Positions 8,972 through 17,638 of a stretch of 32,000 nt of DNA are shown piece by piece. The notes under the pieces were generated by a model. That model worked only from the letters and a program-made list of their open reading frames with translations, had not been told where the DNA came from and ran no database searches. Source of the stretch: Geobacter metallireducens GS-15. Lineage in GTDB: Bacteria > Desulfobacterota > Desulfuromonadia > Geobacterales > Geobacteraceae. Positions within the stretch are counted from its first letter, which is position 1; each line of letters begins with the position of its first letter. The stretch is taken from the NCBI RefSeq assembly GCF_000012925.1, contig NC_007517.1, positions 2,490,001 to 2,522,000 on the forward strand. Direction: 5' to 3'. A program made the position numbers and the translations under genes.

Positions 8972-10642
8972 CTATTCCGTCACTACCCAACCGAACACAT
9001 CCCGCATCACCTGGCACATCTCGCCGTTCGTAGCCCCCTTCAGCGCAGCTTCCACCAGAACCGGCATCAATTCACCCTGGCCATCCCGCAGTTCCAGACA
9101 GGCATTCTTCACCGTTGCCAGGGCCTTGTCCACATCCCCCTGGTTCCGTTTGGCCTTGAACGCCTTCAACCTTTCCAGTGCCTTCACTTCCAGAGCGGTG
9201 TCAACCTTGAATGGTTCATAGTTGTCTTTTCTGTCCATGACATACTTGTTAAGGCCCACCACCGGTTGTTTGCCGCTCTTGATCTTGACCTTGGTTGCAT
9301 AGGCGCTGTTGTCGATGGCCCGCTTGATGCTGCCGTCAGCGAGACCTTGCCTATAGCCTCCCTGCTCTTCCAGTTCGTTGTATATCTTCCAGGCAGCCTG
9401 CTCCATCTGATCGGTTAATGCTTCAATGTAATAGGACCCTGCCAGGGGATCTGCCACATCCGGCAACCCGCTCTCCCACATCATGATCTGCTGGGAGCGT
9501 AAGGCTGTCCGGTGCGACAGTTCCGTCGGGATGCCAATCGTTTCGTCGTAGGAGCAGGAATGTATCGACTGTACCCCCCCCATGACTGCCGCCATGAGTT
9601 GCATGGTGATGCGCGCCGTGTTGTTGAGAGGTTGCTGGGCGGTCAGCACATTGCCACTGGTATGGACATGCACCCGGGCATGCATGCACTGGGGCTTGGT
9701 GCAGCCGGCGTCTCTGGTTATTTTCGCCCACATCCGCCGATGGGCCCGCAGCTTGGCGACCTCCTCGAAGAAATTCATCTGGATGCCGATCTGGAAACCC
9801 ATGCGCCCAACAAAACTGTCCGGTTCAAGCCCACGCTCCTTACAGGCATCGATAATCGACTTGCCCCAGGCCAAACCATACGCCAGTTCCTGGACCGGCG
9901 TGGCACCAGCCTCTGACAATCCGTACATGAACAGGTTGGCCGTGTTCCAGGCGGGGATATTGTTGGAACAGTACCTGATAAGGTCGGTCATAAGCAGATA
10001 GCCATTTTTCGGCTCCCATGAAGGGATGTCCTGAACAGCGGTCCGCGGATACCAGTTCATGGAGTTGCCATGAAGAACCCCGGGTTCCTCGCCGCGCCGG
10101 ATTGCGGCTGCCGTTATCAGTGCCAGGGCGGGGAGACAGTTATCGCCGGTTATCAGCGAAAAATTAGTCGTGTTGAGATCCCACCCCTGGATAAGGTCAT
10201 CATAGTCTTCCACGGTACAGAGGGTGACGCCGCATTGCCCGACGTTGCCTTCGGCCTCGGGATGGTCGGAATCGATGCCGTACATGGACGGGATATCCAG
10301 TACCATGTTGAACACCTTGTTGCCGAAATACCCCTCCATCCCTTGGGCAACCAGGGTCTCCATCTTCTTCCTGGTTTCCTCGACTGTCCCGTAACCGAAA
10401 ACCATCTGCTGCATCCAGGGGGTCAGGGCGTAACCGTCGGGGTAGAGGCCGCGGGTATAGGGGTAAACCCCGGGCATGGTTGCCAGGTCAAGCCCCTGGA
10501 TGTCTTCCTGGGTATAGACCGTTTTCAGGGGGATGCCCGACAGGTTTTCCCGTTGCTTCAGCTTGGCAACGTATTTTGCCCGGGCTTTCTCCCAATCCTC
10601 TTTCACCTTGGAAAAATTTTCATTAGCAACAGGACTACTCAT
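8972..10642 (-). CDS. acyl-CoA mutase large (substrate-binding TIM-barrel) subunit, methylmalonyl-CoA mutase family, divergent
   Basis: Family motifs YPYTRG, GIDSDHP, SEAGATPVQELAY, NFFEEVAKLRAHRRMWAKI, TAQQPLNNTARIT and DPLAGSYYIEALT. There is no C-terminal B12 domain, which is supplied by the separate 8486..8893 gene. GGAGGAG RBS. Confidence 0.9.
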   Translation of the reverse strand: MSSPVANENFSKVKEDWEKARAKYVAKLKQRENLSGIPLKTVYTQEDIQGLDLATMPGVYPYTRGLYPDGYALTPWMQQMVFGYGTVEETRKKMETLVAQGMEGYFGNKVFNMVLDIPSMYGIDSDHPEAEGNVGQCGVTLCTVEDYDDLIQGWDLNTTNFSLITGDNCLPALALITAAAIRRGEEPGVLHGNSMNWYPRTAVQDIPSWEPKNGYLLMTDLIRYCSNNIPAWNTANLFMYGLSEAGATPVQELAYGLAWGKSIIDACKERGLEPDSFVGRMGFQIGIQMNFFEEVAKLRAHRRMWAKITRDAGCTKPQCMHARVHVHTSGNVLTAQQPLNNTARITMQLMAAVMGGVQSIHSCSYDETIGIPTELSHRTALRSQQIMMWESGLPDVADPLAGSYYIEALTDQMEQAAWKIYNELEEQGGYRQGLADGSIKRAIDNSAYATKVKIKSGKQPVVGLNKYVMDRKDNYEPFKVDTALEVKALERLKAFKAKRNQGDVDKALATVKNACLELRDGQGELMPVLVEAALKGATNGEMCQVMRDVFGWVVTE

Positions 10643-10722
10643 ATTTACTCCTCCGTTTCTATTCGTATGGGGCGGGAACCCGTGGCGTCGGCATGAAGCT
10701 TAATTCCAGGATATTTTGTCGA

Positions 10723-11715
10723 CTATCTGTTGTTCCGTGGCGTCGTGCCATTGTCTGCAAGGATTCTCGCTTTTTCAACGAGATCAACAACCTGTTCAGA
10801 TGCACTGTATGGATCAAGTTTCAGATTCTCTATTTTGTTGATCCACTTCTGCAGATCCCTATCTGTTTTCAATGTTTCCAAGAATCTGTCCCTCACCTGC
10901 TGTGTAAGAATGTCCAGAAATTGCCTGCTTCTTCGTTTTTGACATATGCCGGTAAAAATATTCCGTTCCGTTATAAACATCAGGTGCTCAAAAATCACCG
11001 TTACAAGGTCTTCTACTCCATCTCCCTTCAACGCAGACACTTTGGCAATCGGTACTCCCCATTGATCGGCCTTGATGTTTGCACACTGAAACTCTTTCCC
11101 CCCATAGGTGACCGGCATCTCGAAACTTAAATCGTTTACCGCTCCATCCGCACCCGGCTGATCAGACTTATTCACCACCAGGATATCGCCGATCTCCAGG
11201 ATTCCGGCCTTCATCGCCTGGAGGGAATCCCCGTATCCCGGAACCAGGGTCAGAACCACCGTATGGGCAATCTTGGCAATATCCATCTCCACCTGACCGA
11301 CCCCCACGGTTTCAACAATGATGACCTCCTTGCCAAAGGCATCGAGCACATCGACCGCATCGTTGATCACTGGTGCCAACCCACCGCTGGCGCCTCGAGC
11401 TGAGAAAGAACGAATAAATACCCCGTTGTCGCCTGAGAACTCTGTCATCCTGGCACGGTCGCCAAGGATTGCTCCGTCGCTAAACGGGCTGGATGGATCG
11501 ACTGCCAGAACACCTACTGTTTTTCCGCGCCTTCTTATCTCCCTGACGAGTGCTGCAACCAGGCAACTTTTCCCTGCCCCCGGTGGTCCGGTTATCCCGA
11601 TGACATGAGCTCTGCCGCATTTGCAGTAGAGACCTTTCAACTCCTCGATCCCTTCCGGATTCCGCCGTTCGAGCAGGGAGATCAGCCGGGAAATGGATCT
11701 GTCCAGGGTTTTCAA
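10723..11715 (-). CDS. meaB: MeaB/ArgK-type G-protein metallochaperone for B12 mutases
   Basis: P-loop GITGPPGAGKS, VLAVDPSSPFSDGAILGDRARM and VVNKSD (NKxD). The start codon is TTG, as the sequence reads TTGAAAACC. It overlaps the upstream stop in a TTGA junction. Confidence 0.85.
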   Translation of the reverse strand: MKTLDRSISRLISLLERRNPEGIEELKGLYCKCGRAHVIGITGPPGAGKSCLVAALVREIRRRGKTVGVLAVDPSSPFSDGAILGDRARMTEFSGDNGVFIRSFSARGASGGLAPVINDAVDVLDAFGKEVIIVETVGVGQVEMDIAKIAHTVVLTLVPGYGDSLQAMKAGILEIGDILVVNKSDQPGADGAVNDLSFEMPVTYGGKEFQCANIKADQWGVPIAKVSALKGDGVEDLVTVIFEHLMFITERNIFTGICQKRRSRQFLDILTQQVRDRFLETLKTDRDLQKWINKIENLKLDPYSASEQVVDLVEKARILADNGTTPRNNR

Positions 11716-13559
11716 AACGATTTGTCCACCGCCTCCCAGGCCGAGACGTCGCCCCAGGCAAGAGCGGCTATTTTGCCGTCGGTGACCGGCAGGATATTGC
11801 CGATAAAGAACTGGGCGCTCCTGATTTTTCCGTCCAGAAAGGCAGCGTCCGTGTTCTTCTGAATGAATGACTTCCTGCTCTCCGCATCTTCAAGCTTCTT
11901 CTTGAGAAACAGTTCCTCGAGTTGCCCGTGCGCAACCACTGCGCCCCAAAGGAGAAACCACGCCACAACCACATCCCCGAAGGCCTCCAGGAAAGGGGTC
12001 GCCTTGAGATAGGAATAGTGCACTCCGTTTGCTTCGGCCCCTTCGGCAAGGTGGGCCGGTATACCCGCCAGAGCTGATTTCGTGCGCTCGAACTGCTCGA
12101 TATGCTTCTTCAAGCCGGGCAGTTCTGCTGCACGGTTTACCATCCCATCCATATCCTTCAGGAATTCCGCAAAGACCTGCCCCTTTTTCATCCTGATCTT
12201 ACGCAAAGCCAGGTCCATTGCCTGTATTCCCGTTGTCCCCTCGAAAATGCAGGCAACTTTGGAATCCCGCATGAACTGTTCGACCGGATACTCCTGGGTA
12301 TAACCGTATCCCCCATATACCTGGATGGCGTGGGAAGCGAATTCCACCCCCTTCTCCGTGGGGTAAGCCTTGCAGAGCGGTATCAGCAAATCGACAATCC
12401 CCTGCAGCTTCTTTTTCTCTTCCTCGTTGTCGACGACTGCCATCCGGTCCATGGCGTAGCCGCAGTAATAGAGCATCGCCCGCATCCCCTGAATGTACGA
12501 TTTCATCATGAGGAGCGTACGACGAATATCAGGATGGTGAATAATCGGAACCTGTCCGGAATCCGGATCAGCGATACTCTGACCCTGCCGTCTCTCCAGG
12601 GCGTACCTCAGTGCATGCATGTAGGAAACCGAGCAGGTCCCCTGGCCCCACATCCCCACCTCGAGCCGCGAGGCATTCATCATGTGGAACATGATCTTGA
12701 TGCCATCCTGCTCCTTGCCAAGGAGGTAGCCAGTGCAGCACCCCTTTTCGCCAAACGACATGGTAGTGGTCGGCGATGCCTTGATCCCCATCTTGTGTTC
12801 GATGCCAATACACTTGACGTCGTTCGCCTCCCCTAGAGATCCGTCAGAATTGATCTTGAATTTGGGAACAATAAAGATCGACAACCCCTTGGTCCCCGCC
12901 GGATCCCCTTCAATCCTGGCTAGAACCATATGTACCGTGTTCTCACACACGTCGCTGTCGCCGTTGGTAATGAATATCTTCTGACCAACCAGCGAATAGG
13001 TACCATCCGTGTTTCTCGTCGCCTTGAACTCGATGTTCCCCACGTCCGAACCCGCCGCAGGTTCCGTCAGGGCCATCGTGCCGAGCCACTCACCCCCGTA
13101 CATCTTGTGCAGATACTGACTCTTCTGCTGTTCCGAGCCGAAAAGTTCAATGAGTTTGGCGGCATCGTGAGTAAGGTTGACGTAGCACATGAACGGGAAG
13201 TTGGCGGCAAAGAACATCTCATGGGCCGCATTCTTGATGACATGGGGGAGTCCCTGGCCGCCAAGGGTCTCCTCTTCGCAAGCAGTGAGCCAGCCGTTCT
13301 CAACGAAGCTCTGGTAAGCCTCTGCCGTACCGGGAACCGAATAAACTTCTCCCCCCTCAAAGCGGGCACCGACCTTGTCCCCTTCGATATTCAGCGGGAA
13401 CAACACCTTTTCGGCAAACTTGCTCGCCTCTGAAAGCAGCAATCCCAGGACTTTCTCGTTCCATCCGGAAAAACGGTCGGACGCACACAGGTCCTGGACT
13501 TTTAACTGCTCAAAAAGGGCGAATTTCACATCACGTTCATCGACTAACAGATTTGCCAT
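11712..13559 (-). CDS. long-form acyl-CoA dehydrogenase (about 615 aa, with N- and C-terminal extensions, FadE/DmdC-like)
   Basis: LTEPAAGSDVG, QKIFITNGD and VYGGYGYTQEYPVEQFMRDSKVACIFEGTTGIQ. I chose the ATG at 13559 (MANLLVDERD). The track start at 13664 would overlap the upstream crotonase gene. Confidence 0.9.
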   Translation of the reverse strand: MANLLVDERDVKFALFEQLKVQDLCASDRFSGWNEKVLGLLLSEASKFAEKVLFPLNIEGDKVGARFEGGEVYSVPGTAEAYQSFVENGWLTACEEETLGGQGLPHVIKNAAHEMFFAANFPFMCYVNLTHDAAKLIELFGSEQQKSQYLHKMYGGEWLGTMALTEPAAGSDVGNIEFKATRNTDGTYSLVGQKIFITNGDSDVCENTVHMVLARIEGDPAGTKGLSIFIVPKFKINSDGSLGEANDVKCIGIEHKMGIKASPTTTMSFGEKGCCTGYLLGKEQDGIKIMFHMMNASRLEVGMWGQGTCSVSYMHALRYALERRQGQSIADPDSGQVPIIHHPDIRRTLLMMKSYIQGMRAMLYYCGYAMDRMAVVDNEEEKKKLQGIVDLLIPLCKAYPTEKGVEFASHAIQVYGGYGYTQEYPVEQFMRDSKVACIFEGTTGIQAMDLALRKIRMKKGQVFAEFLKDMDGMVNRAAELPGLKKHIEQFERTKSALAGIPAHLAEGAEANGVHYSYLKATPFLEAFGDVVVAWFLLWGAVVAHGQLEELFLKKKLEDAESRKSFIQKNTDAAFLDGKIRSAQFFIGNILPVTDGKIAALAWGDVSAWEAVDKSF

Positions 13560-13602
13560 GGCATCCGTCTTTCTTTTGTGGAGGATTGAACACCTGTGTC
13601 TA

Positions 13603-14391
13603 CTAACCCTTGTTGAAGACCGGCTTGCGCTTTTCCAGGAAGGCCAGAGTCCCTTCCTGTGCATCTGCTGTCAGGAGGATTTTGCAGAACTGGTCCTGCT
13701 CGTAATCGATCCCCCCACGGAGAGGTAGATCACCCCCTTCGTAGACCAGCTTCTTGCAGATATCCAGCACTACCGCTCCCTTGTCGATCAGCCTGCCGGC
13801 AAACGCGTTGACCGCCTCCATCAACTCATCGCGGGGGACCACCTGGTTGACAAGGCCAATCCTGTAGGCCTCCTGGGCATCAATGGGGTCGCCGGTGGAA
13901 ATCATCTCCAGCGCCCTGGTCGGCCCGACAAGTTCCCGCAGACGCTGGCTCCCCCCTGCACCGGGAATGATGCCGAGCTTTACCTCGGGCTGGCCGAATT
14001 GGGCTTTTTCTGCTGCAATCCGAAAATCACAGGCCATGGCAAGCTCGCATCCCATGCCAAAGGCAAGACCGTTTACTGCAGCAATGGTCGGCTTGGGACA
14101 ATCCTCTATCATATTCGGATTGACCAGTTGCCTGAGATCCTCCTTGATCTTTGCGGCATTCCCCAACTTGGTCCAGCCATTGACCATATTGATGTCCGCA
14201 CCGGCCATGAACGCCTTGCCGGCACCGGTCAATACGATTGCCCTCACCGATTTGTCCGCTACAAGCTCGTTGAATCCCGTTATAATATCTGCGGCAAGGG
14301 TCCGGTTGTATGCATTCAATACCTCTGGCCGATTAAAAGTCAGAACTCCAACTGCTCCGTTACGCTCCAGCATGATTGCTTCATAACTCAT
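13603..14391 (-). CDS. enoyl-CoA hydratase (crotonase family)
   Basis: VGVLTFNRPEVLNA N-terminus. Both catalytic Glu positions are present (GMGCELAM, GQPEVKLG). Confidence 0.9.
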   Translation of the reverse strand: MSYEAIMLERNGAVGVLTFNRPEVLNAYNRTLAADIITGFNELVADKSVRAIVLTGAGKAFMAGADINMVNGWTKLGNAAKIKEDLRQLVNPNMIEDCPKPTIAAVNGLAFGMGCELAMACDFRIAAEKAQFGQPEVKLGIIPGAGGSQRLRELVGPTRALEMISTGDPIDAQEAYRIGLVNQVVPRDELMEAVNAFAGRLIDKGAVVLDICKKLVYEGGDLPLRGGIDYEQDQFCKILLTADAQEGTLAFLEKRKPVFNKG

Positions 14392-14423
14392 TATCCGACC
14401 CTCTCTTCCTATCAGTTATCCGA

Positions 14424-14452
14424 ATAGTACGACCGTTCGGTTTACATGTCAA
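14424..14452 (-). promoter_or_regulatory. sigma-70-type internal promoter (TTGACA-17-TACTAT) with an embedded operator-like dyad half
   Basis: The minus strand reads TTGACA tgtaaaccgaacggtcg TACTAT. The -35 is at 14447..14452 and the -10 at 14424..14429. The spacer contains TAAACCGAACGGTCGTAC, which is related to the 17591..17610 dyad. The element lies in the 100-bp thiolase-crotonase gap. Confidence 0.55.
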
Positions 14453-14491
14453 GTACAAAAATTCCTGTTCTTAAATTTTTTCGAGAAGGTT

Positions 14492-15670
14492 TCAGATCAT
14501 CTCTATGACCGTTGCCATTGCCGGTCCACCACCGACACAGAGGGAAGCAACCCCGTATCTACCTTGCCGCCGTTTCATCTCTTCCAGCATGGTCACGATG
14601 ATCCGTATCCCCGTGCACCCAACGGGGTGCCCCAGGGCAATCCCCGACCCGTTCGCATTCACACGGGAGAGGTCGATGTTCAGCTCACGATTCACGGCCA
14701 GAAATTGGGCCGCAAAGGCTTCGTTGATTTCAAAGTAGTCGATGTCTTTCATCTGCAGGTCGGCATATTTCAAAGCCTTGGGAATGGCATAGGCCGGCCC
14801 GATTCCCATGATCTCCGGTGCAACACCGAAGGAAGCCGTAGCCCGTATCCGGGCAATGGGGCTCACCCCAAGCTCCCTGGCCCGCCTTGCTGTCATGAGC
14901 ACAAGCGCGGCAGCACCATCGTTGATGCTCGAAGCGTTGCCCGCCGTGACCGTGCCATCTTTTTTGAATGCCGGTCTCAGGGCGGCCAGCTTCTCCCGGC
15001 TCATGTCCGCCCGGGGATGCTCATCGGTGTCGATGACGATGGTCCCCTTGCGACTCTTCACTTCCACCGGCACGATTTCAGCCCTGAATTTCCCTGACTC
15101 CGCGGCCGCAACGGCCCGCTGATGGCTCAACAAAGCCAGATCATCCTGTTCCTCGCGGGAAATGCCGTATTTCTCCGCCAGGTTCTCAGCGGTTATCCCC
15201 ATGTGCGTACCGCTGAAAGCATCGATCAACGCATCGTGCAGAAGATGATCCTCGATAGAATCTGAACCGAGGCGCAGGCCCTGACGGGCATTGAGGAGCA
15301 GATAGGGAGCCTGGGACATGCTCTCCATCCCTACAGCAACACCTACAGACGTCTTCCCAAGGAGTATCTGCTGCGAGGCGATTTCCAGTGCCCGCATGGC
15401 TGACCCGCACAACTGCTCCACCGTAGTGGCTGCCCCCTCGAGAGGTATTCCCGTCTTGAGCTGGACCTGGCGCGCCGGGTTCCCCTTGGCTCCTGCCTTG
15501 TAGATCATCCCCCCGACAACCTCTTCCACCAGTTCCGGACCAATCCCGGCCTTTTTCAAGGCCCCCTGAACGGCAGCAATGCCCAGATCCACCGCGGACA
15601 CATCCTTGAGTGCCCCCATGAAATCTCCAATCGCCGTACGGGCTGCTCCGACTATGACTGCTTCTTCCAT
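14492..15670 (-). CDS. acetyl-CoA C-acetyltransferase (thiolase II)
   Basis: [24 protein letters not shown] (nucleophilic Cys), [15 protein letters not shown] and [10 protein letters not shown] chose the ATG at 15670, which has a GGAGG RBS. Confidence 0.9.
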   Translation of the reverse strand: MEEAVIVGAARTAIGDFMGALKDVSAVDLGIAAVQGALKKAGIGPELVEEVVGGMIYKAGAKGNPARQVQLKTGIPLEGAATTVEQLCGSAMRALEIASQQILLGKTSVGVAVGMESMSQAPYLLLNARQGLRLGSDSIEDHLLHDALIDAFSGTHMGITAENLAEKYGISREEQDDLALLSHQRAVAAAESGKFRAEIVPVEVKSRKGTIVIDTDEHPRADMSREKLAALRPAFKKDGTVTAGNASSINDGAAALVLMTARRARELGVSPIARIRATASFGVAPEIMGIGPAYAIPKALKYADLQMKDIDYFEINEAFAAQFLAVNRELNIDLSRVNANGSGIALGHPVGCTGIRIIVTMLEEMKRRQGRYGVASLCVGGGPAMATVIEMI

Positions 15671-15727
15671 GAAATCGGCCTCCAGTTTGCGTAGTTTCAC
15701 TGCTGCATAAAATCAAGAACTATTTCA

Positions 15728-16042
15728 TCACGCCTTTTTTCTGACAGTGCCGAGAGAGCCCCGAATCTCCGCAAGTATCGCGGCTGCAAGATCCGCCTCC
15801 GGTAATTTCCTGCCATTTAAGGTTGTACAGACCAGGGTCACCGTCGGCCCGGTAAAAAGCGGGCTGGCGGCGCACGCTACGGAACAGCCGCTGGCAACCA
15901 GCACCAGGTCGACAGACGGGCAATCTCCCCACACCCATTCGATATCAGGGGCAAGCGCCTGTACCTTCCTGACAATCCCGGGCGTATCCACCTCAGGGTT
16001 GCAGTTGCCGCAATACTTGACACAGACCCTGAAATGCCCCAT
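15728..16042 (-). CDS. small Cys-rich hypothetical protein (104 aa), possible metal/FeS-binding protein
   Basis: The ORF starts 7 nt after the abfD-like stop. The N-terminus MGHFRVCVKYCGNCNPE carries Cx3Cx2C, and there are four further Cys residues. I recognise no family. Coding status rests on the tight spacing and codon look only. Confidence 0.5.
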   Translation of the reverse strand: MGHFRVCVKYCGNCNPEVDTPGIVRKVQALAPDIEWVWGDCPSVDLVLVASGCSVACAASPLFTGPTVTLVCTTLNGRKLPEADLAAAILAEIRGSLGTVRKKA

Positions 16043-16049
16043 GGCCCCG

Positions 16050-17501
16050 CTATTTTTCTTCCTTTATGCCGGCCAGTTTCTTGGCAAGCTTTACCTTATG
16101 GCCGAGATTTGCCTGGCGGAGGATCATGACTCTCTGCGCCTGGGGAGAGCCGGCACCATGCATGCTTTCCACCAAAGCCGTGCCGCCCGTCATATTTTCA
16201 ACGAGCCGGGCCATCCGCATGCGCTCTTCAGTGGGAGCTTCGTCCACCCCCCGGAAATACTTCTCTACATATTTGCCGATCTCATCGTGGTGCAGATCCT
16301 TCTCCGAAGGCATGGTTGCCATGCAGCCACCGGAAATATCGTGGGAAAGGCGTGCAATCTCATAGATGAAACGGGTCACGTTCTGCTTAACCGTATTGGC
16401 CAGCAGGGGATTGACGAAATAGGCCCCTGACGGCGTGGGAGCACCCTCACAGGAGCAGGCGATGGAACCGCAATAAAGGGTCTCGGTGAGGTGGACCATC
16501 TCCACGATCTTGTCACGCACGTGGGAAGCCTTGGCTGCTCCGTTGTACTCTGCCATAGCGGTAGTTGCGCCGATGATCACATCGCTCACGCCTGCCTTGC
16601 ATCCACCATAGTTCTGTCGATGATAGCTCGCGAAACGCTCAACCAGCAGCCCCGCATACTTGTACTCTCCGCACATGAAGACGCGTTCCCACGGGACGAA
16701 GACATCTTCAAGTATGGTCAAAGCCTCGCCTCCGACAGTTCCATACTCAGCATTACCCTGATCAAGGTCTCCCTTTTCCAGACGGCGTGTATCGTTGGTT
16801 TGACGACCAAAGATATGGATGACACCGGGGGAATCCGTGGGGAGAGCACAGGCAACCGCATAGTCGCCGTCCTCCTCCCCCATGGCCATGGTTGGCATAA
16901 TCAGCATTTCATGGGAATTGACAATTCCGGTCTGGTGAACCTTTGCCCCACGAATGACTATCCCCTTGTCATTCTTTGCCACCACGTGCACGAACATGTC
17001 CGGGTCTTTCTGTTTTGCCGGAGGCAGCCCCCTGTCCCCCTTGGGATCGGTCATTGCTCCCGCCACCATCAGGTCATTGTCCTGTATATATTCGAGGTAA
17101 CGCCTAAAACGCTGGTGATAGTCGGTACCAAGCTCCTGGTCCATCTCATAGGTTACCGTATAGTTAGCGTTCAGGGCATCCCACCCCACACAGCGCTGGT
17201 AGCAACTTCCCGTCTTCCCTGCAATAAGCCGCAACATCTTCACCTTTTTTATGAGATCGTCGGTGCTCTGGTGGATATGGGTGAAGCGGCTGATTTTACT
17301 CCCCGTCAGGTGTGAGGTGGCTGTGACGAGCGCTTCCGTGGTCGGATCATGGGCCAAGTCGAACGTCAATGCAGCCGCATTGATATGGGGCTGGAACAAT
17401 GGGTGATCTACTATGCTGTCAATCTTCTCTCCAAAGGCATAGACTTTGATATTGAGCGCCCGAAGGCTTTCCCGGTAGGAATTCCCATCTCTTAGTGCCA
17501 T
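16050..17501 (-). CDS. abfD: 4-hydroxybutyryl-CoA dehydratase / vinylacetyl-CoA delta-isomerase family enzyme
   Basis: Collinear with my recollection of Clostridium aminobutyricum AbfD over the whole length (YRESLRALNIKVYAFGEKI, HQSTDDLIKKVKMLRL, MTDPKGDRGLPPAKQKDPD, ESMHGAGSPQAQR). The FeS ligand positions are conserved (GSCYQRCVG, YHRQNYGGCKAG). GGAGGT RBS. Confidence 0.9.
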   Translation of the reverse strand: MALRDGNSYRESLRALNIKVYAFGEKIDSIVDHPLFQPHINAAALTFDLAHDPTTEALVTATSHLTGSKISRFTHIHQSTDDLIKKVKMLRLIAGKTGSCYQRCVGWDALNANYTVTYEMDQELGTDYHQRFRRYLEYIQDNDLMVAGAMTDPKGDRGLPPAKQKDPDMFVHVVAKNDKGIVIRGAKVHQTGIVNSHEMLIMPTMAMGEEDGDYAVACALPTDSPGVIHIFGRQTNDTRRLEKGDLDQGNAEYGTVGGEALTILEDVFVPWERVFMCGEYKYAGLLVERFASYHRQNYGGCKAGVSDVIIGATTAMAEYNGAAKASHVRDKIVEMVHLTETLYCGSIACSCEGAPTPSGAYFVNPLLANTVKQNVTRFIYEIARLSHDISGGCMATMPSEKDLHHDEIGKYVEKYFRGVDEAPTEERMRMARLVENMTGGTALVESMHGAGSPQAQRVMILRQANLGHKVKLAKKLAGIKEEK

Positions 17502-17590
17502 CTTTACCTCCCCCCAAATGTTCCCGAGTATTTGAAAAATAAGATTTTCTGTCTACCGCTGCTACGAGTCCACACATCGACTGGCCATCA

Positions 17591-17638
17591 TATACCGAAC
17601 GTTTGGTATAGTATGATAAAACAGCGTCACATTGTCAA
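17591..17638 (-). promoter_or_regulatory. main operon promoter (TTGACA-17-CATACT) with a 20-bp near-perfect palindromic operator overlapping the -10/+1 region
   Basis: The minus strand reads TTGACA atgtgacgctgttttat CATAC-TATACCAAACGTTCGGTATA. The -35 is at 17633..17638, the -10 at 17610..17615 and the dyad at 17591..17610. The dyad matches its own reverse complement at 18 of 20 positions. It lies about 90 nt upstream of the abfD-like start. Confidence 0.6.
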
